In this document: positions 58,800-64,000 of the stretch, in pieces
How positions within the stretch are numbered: position 1 is the stretch's first letter
How the letters are laid out: the number at the start of each line of letters is the position of its first letter
From: Eledone cirrhosa
Lineage: Eukaryota
Length of the DNA: 64,000 bases
Assembly: GCA_964016885.1 (NCBI GenBank)
Contig: OZ024741.1
Location: 29,760,001 to 29,824,000 of the forward strand
Reading direction: 5' to 3'
Translations under genes and position numbers: made by a program
Notes under the pieces: model-generated
Seen by the model: the letters and a program-made list of their open reading frames with translations, nothing else
What the model was told of the DNA's origin: nothing
The model's database searches: none

Positions 58800-59194
58800 C
58801 TCCACCCACCCCCTAACACACATATGTATATATATATGTATATCAGTATTTAACCAGTTTTAAACTAGTTAGACCATTGTTTAACAAAGTACTCTACTCC
58901 TCCAGTCAGGAACTAGCTGTTGAAACAGCAAGAACTCAGCCGTCGGGCCCGACTCTTTCTAACACACAGACACACATACACATATATATATATATATAAT
59001 TATTTATAAATGAAAAAATAATCCCCAAGGTTCAATACACTAATACATTATTCAATTGACAAGAATCACGATAAAAAAAATATTTATTTAAATATAAAAA
59101 AGATATTTATTTACCGACCACATCTTCTCGGCTGTCGTAATACGAAGATTTCAAAAATATAAACAAGTTTCATATTTAGCAAAAGTGTTAATAT

Positions 59195-59930
59195 ATTGTT
59201 ATATTTTGGGAGGGTCATGCTTGCCAATAAAAACACGCACACCAGAGAGTTTCACTCCAATATATTATAATTGATCCATCGGTTAGTTTAATAACCGGAT
59301 GGTTGTTTAGTTGTTGATTGCCAAACCTCTTTCGTCACACAATGTGTCACATCTTCAATAACTATTTTTGTTACTTTATGTCTTCTCGCTGTTCTGTTTT
59401 ACACTATGTTGTCTTTATGAACTATGCACATGGACTGCGCAGGCGTTACACCCAGGTGTGTGTGTTTTCTCTTCTCACTTTCCTATTGTTACTAGTTAGT
59501 TAATTGTTATACTGACTTTTGTATTCTCTATAAATATGAGTGTGTGTGGCGGAGGGGTTTGTCTTAGTATCTCATAAGTGTTGATTGTGTATGTTTTTAT
59601 ATTGTCCTTAGTGACTACCTTGTGATGTTGTTGCTATTTCACTCATATTTTCTATTTAATTAGGGTCGAAGTTCATTTATGTTTGTTGCTTCAGTAATCT
59701 CATGGAGCATTGCATCTGTTCGGTGTCTAGATACTATTTTTATTTCGATGTTCTCTAGTAAGATCCCATGTTCCATTCTGGCATGCTGGTAGGATGCTAA
59801 TGAGTTTTTCTCGTGTTGGATTTTCCTCCGGTGTTTTTTCTTCCTTTCTTCTATATTACGGGCCGTCGGTGTATTCTTTCCACAACTGTCTTCCTCAATT
59901 TTGGAGGTCACGTGCTAGCATGTTAGTGAA
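59195..59930 (-). mobile_element. Penelope 3' fragment (GIY-YIG C-terminus plus pLTR) related to the 34986-38676 element
   Basis: YQHARMEHG..ENIEIKIVSRHRTD...EA aligns with YEHARQQHDG..NIEIRIISKHRND...EA. The terminal 'gggagggtcat' motif is shared. Confidence 0.7.
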
Positions 59931-60225
59931 ATGCTAGAATCGGGAAGCTAACAGACTCGCTATTCGTCTACACCTGCTGATGAGATGTAATTAGCCCAGG
60001 TTACGTAACATTTGGCGATATTACGCAATCCTCTGCATGTAGCATATTTAATATTTGTGATAGGGAGAAGATTACATTGAAACGGATTTCCAACTTATTT
60101 AATGCAATAATTATTCATTCTGTCGGATTAAAGAAAAATAATCTTTAAATATACATCTGGTCATTTTCACCTTCAATGTTTAACTACAACCATTGTTTTG
60201 TATGGAACTTTACCCCACTCTTCAA

Positions 60226-60321
<96 letters not shown>

Positions 60322-60324
60322 TAA

Positions 60325-63300
60325 TCTAGCTGTCGTCTGTTCTACAGCGTAGATGTAATTCACTTCGCGCAGAAGTTTTGTTCAAATTTATTGCGGAAAT
60401 TTCGTAAGTTCAATTTTAATTTTGATACTATTGTGTAGCTTGACCCCCCCCCCGTCTGAACTGTCAGGCGGTGGGTCAGCTTATCTTTGCCACTCCCAGG
60501 GGTGAAAAACCTGTTTTTAAAAATTTTGTGGCATAAAAAATTTCAATCGTCTGACAGAAATGTTAAACGAAGCTAACGAAAATAGTGGTGGGGGAGGGGG
60601 GCAGCGGTAAGAGTTGTAAGCTCGCACGCTTTAGTCCCCCCCCTTCCTTCCCAACTAACGTCATAGAGAAGGAAAGAAAAAATAAAATAAAAACAGACGA
60701 ATCTGCGGAGAAAAATGACGAAAACACAAATCTGGACATTGATTCCAACAACGAAAAAAAAAATGTGAAAAATTGCATGACAATATTAATACCACAAACA
60801 AAGACACGACAAACACAAAAATAACATTTGAAAACAACATCATAACAGAAAGCAAAGCAGACGACAAAGTCAACACCAATAATATTTCATTTGCACAAAC
60901 AACAAAGAAATCTTTGAGATATATACCTGAACATATTTCAGATGTGGCACAAAGAATTACAGACGCCAAACAATACATAACTGAAGGGGAAAATGGTATG
61001 TTATGGGTAAAAATGCCTCAAGAACTCACCAAAGACATTGAAAGTCGGACGGTCGTTTTCCGCATCATCAACAACATTTCTAAAAAACCTCAACAGCCAA
61101 CACAAACAGATATCAAAGCAATACTCACAGAAGTACTTAATGAAACCACTTTCATAAGAAGAGACAGACTGTATGGAAGCCTAGCGATTATTATGAAGAA
61201 CGAATCGGCGGCAAAAAAATGTGCTTTGTCACCGATTCGTTCGACAAATTTTACCTTTTATCCATCTTATATGGGTAAAAGAACTCAGCGCATATGGCTG
61301 GATGCAATGATGCCAGATGTGGACTACTGCTGGCTCATAGCTGGCTTCGTCGATCCAGCGAATGACAACGTGATTTCCATTGGGAAAACCACAGGCAATG
61401 CGTTCAGTGGAACAGGTATAGAACTTGTAGTGCAAATGAAGCCTGAACGCATCGCCCAAATACCCGACAGAATCCTATTAGAGGGCCACGGGTATATAAA
61501 CATTAGCGTGGAGGGGAGAAGACCGTCCTGTCATATCTGTGCAGGCAGAGGGCACCTGAAGGCGGCTTGTCCCCAACTCAACAAAAAGAAAACCCTGCTA
61601 CCAACACCAGCTCCACCACCACCACAACAGATAAACAAACAACAAAACTCAGTCCCACCCAACCCGTCTCTCACTAAAACTACACCACCACCACAACACA
61701 AACAGTCACAACACATTACCCAAAAACAAAACACAGTACCACCCAACCCCTCACTCAATAAAACAACACAACCACCGCAGCCACAACACACGACACAGTC
61801 TAACATTGTGACATCCATCTCCCCCACAAAGAAAACCAACACGGAAACATTACCAGCAAACATACCTCTTCCCTCCAACACTGAAGATAACCCAACGAAT
61901 TCGGAGGAAGAAACGGAGTCCTTCAGACAGATTAAAAGGAAAAAAAGAAAACATGTGCAAAACACACAAGGCCAAACAACCCCTACCCAAATGTCAACAC
62001 AATCCAACAAAACACGAAACACCCCTCCAGCAACAAACAAAACCAAACCTGCCCCTCCCCTCTTCGAAACACTCACACCATCCGAAAAAAAGACATTACA
62101 CTATACTTACATCAACAGAAACAATAATAAATTAAATGAACTCATAAACAATAATCCTTCGGTACAAACCGAAGGTGTAAACTTTGTTTCTTCAGAAAAC
62201 TACCCACATTTAAAATTAATAAATATCCCAATGAACCTCTACCAAAAACTAAAAAGGATTTTAAGGAGGACGTAGGACCACCCTCTGTGAAACCCATAAA
62301 CCGCGTCCTACTAAAAAGCTTTCCCCCTCCCCTTCCCCTCCCCACCACAACTCCAAACACCCCAACCCCACCACACACTGACGACCCCACACCACCACAA
62401 GACACCCCTTCACCCAACACCCCCGACCCCATGGAAGTCGTGCGACCCGAACCCCGGGAAGCAGAAAGGTAGGTCTCTACACTCTCCTTTGGTTTTGCCG
62501 CCCACATGGATGTGTTAAGAGTAGGATGTTTGAATGCACGTGGCCTGGGCTCAACTTGGAAGCAAGCAAAGCTTCTAAATGACCTCAGGTCACGTTATAA
62601 ATGTAATAGTTATCTGTGAGACTCGGATCATCGTCATGCGGCAGCTGGCCCCTACCTTCGATGACTTTGAGGTGCATGCATCTCTCTGTCAACCTGGAGG
62701 TGGGGGTGGGGCTGCCGTACTGCTGGAAAAACACCTGGGTCTCGCCGTACAGGTTGTTCACTCGGACCCGGAGGGTCGTTTGTTGAGCTGGACGTTGGCA
62801 GTAGGGAAGGTGCAAAGCCTTGACACTGGTCGCCGTCTACTCCCCTTACGGAGCTGAACGGCCCGACTTCTTCCAGCGTTTGGAGACTTTTCTGGGAACG
62901 TCGCGTTCCCTGCTTCTAGCGGGGGATTGGAATGACATCCTAGATGCACGTTGGGACTATGCAGGAGCATGTCCTAATAGAGGAGGTGTAACAGCCTCAA
63001 GGGGTTACTCGACCATTATAACTTGGTCGATAGATATCGACTAGATTTTCCAACTGTGCCAACCTGGACTTGGACGAACCACAGTGGTCAATCTAGATCG
63101 TACTTAGATAGATTCTTAGTTAGAAGTAAGGATACGGACATATTAAGCAGTTCAGAAATACTCACGGTTGGCTATACGGATCACAAATTAGTGACCTGCG
63201 TAGTCAATCTCGAGAAAACACATAAACAGGGTCCCGGTTACTGGAAACTTAATTTCTCTTTACCGACAAAAGAGACTTACAGAAACCGGATTAGGAGATT

Positions 63301-64000
63301 AGTTAAGGAGAGGTTGACGGGTGCAATCGTCAACAACCGATGGTGGGTATCTCTCAAAAGAGAGATTAGAACAGAATCAATAAGTTATAGCAAGATGTTA
63401 GCTGCTGATAGGAATAGAAACGAGAAAGAATTAACAGGTAAATTAGAAGAGGCAATCAAGAGCGAAGATGTGGCCAGAGTGCTGGCATCGAGGACGGCCT
63501 TGAACCAGTTTTTCGATGCAAAGCACGAAGGCTGCGTCATTCGAAGTAAAATACGTGCTCTAGGTAATGAGGGGGCCAAAGCCGTTGGCTGGGCCCGCGT
63601 GACAGAAGCTAAGAGTGGAAATCGATCCACCATCCGGTCGTTGCAAGACGAAGATGGACGGGTGATCCAGGAGCCTAAGCAGATGTGCGAGGCCTTTCAA
63701 AGACACTTTGCCTGATTGTTCGGGGAAGGAGAGGGTCCGGGCGGGGGCGTGGATTTCGGTCCATACCTCGATGGCCTACCGCGTCTCTTGAGCGAAGAGG
63801 CAGAGTCCTACGAGGGACCAATCTCGGCTGATGAGATCGGAGATGCGCTGAGCCAATGCAGCAGACGCGAATCTCCAGGTCTCGATGGTATACCTTACGA
63901 ACTTTATTTAGCAATGCCGGTCTTCTCCGAACTCCTCGAAGCGGTCTACTGCAATTGGCAGCAGAACGGGAGAATTCCTTGTTCTGTAGCCAAGGGCGTA
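60325..64000 (+). mobile_element. Tx1-type LINE, copy 3 (diverged subfamily), running off the window end, adjacent to (TATC)n
   Basis: ORF1 (~60560-62470) has VEGRRPSCHICAGRGHLKAAC. ORF2 from ~62507 has LNARGLGS, GDWN, SYLDR, TDH and GPGYWKLN, with frameshifts and stops. Confidence 0.9.

Overview
AT-rich, microsatellite-dense eukaryotic (metazoan) DNA. The tRNA-derived SINE family and the (TA)n/(CA)n load suggest an octopus-like cephalopod, which is an inference. I find no convincing host gene. The window is almost entirely mobile DNA: two head-to-tail Tx1/L1-clade LINEs in (ATT)n plus a third truncated by the window end, an R4/Dong-type RLE LINE, a young Penelope-like element (RT+GIY-YIG) nested in an older one, other Penelope and LINE relics, two mariner relics and many SINEs. 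The main unexplained signal is non-coding. Many small insertions in (TA)n tracts, and the apparent 612-bp, ~598-bp and 464-bp 'satellites', fold by eye into type I hammerhead ribozymes (HHR). At least five sequence families are present, several with non-canonical cores (UUGANGA with an A.A pair at the base of stem II, UUGAGAA, CAGAAGA, CCGACGA). They occur as tandem multimers (retrozyme-like) or as back-to-back inverted pairs, consistent with a Penelope-mobilised, (TA)n-associated retrozyme community. All folds were done by eye and no activity has been tested.
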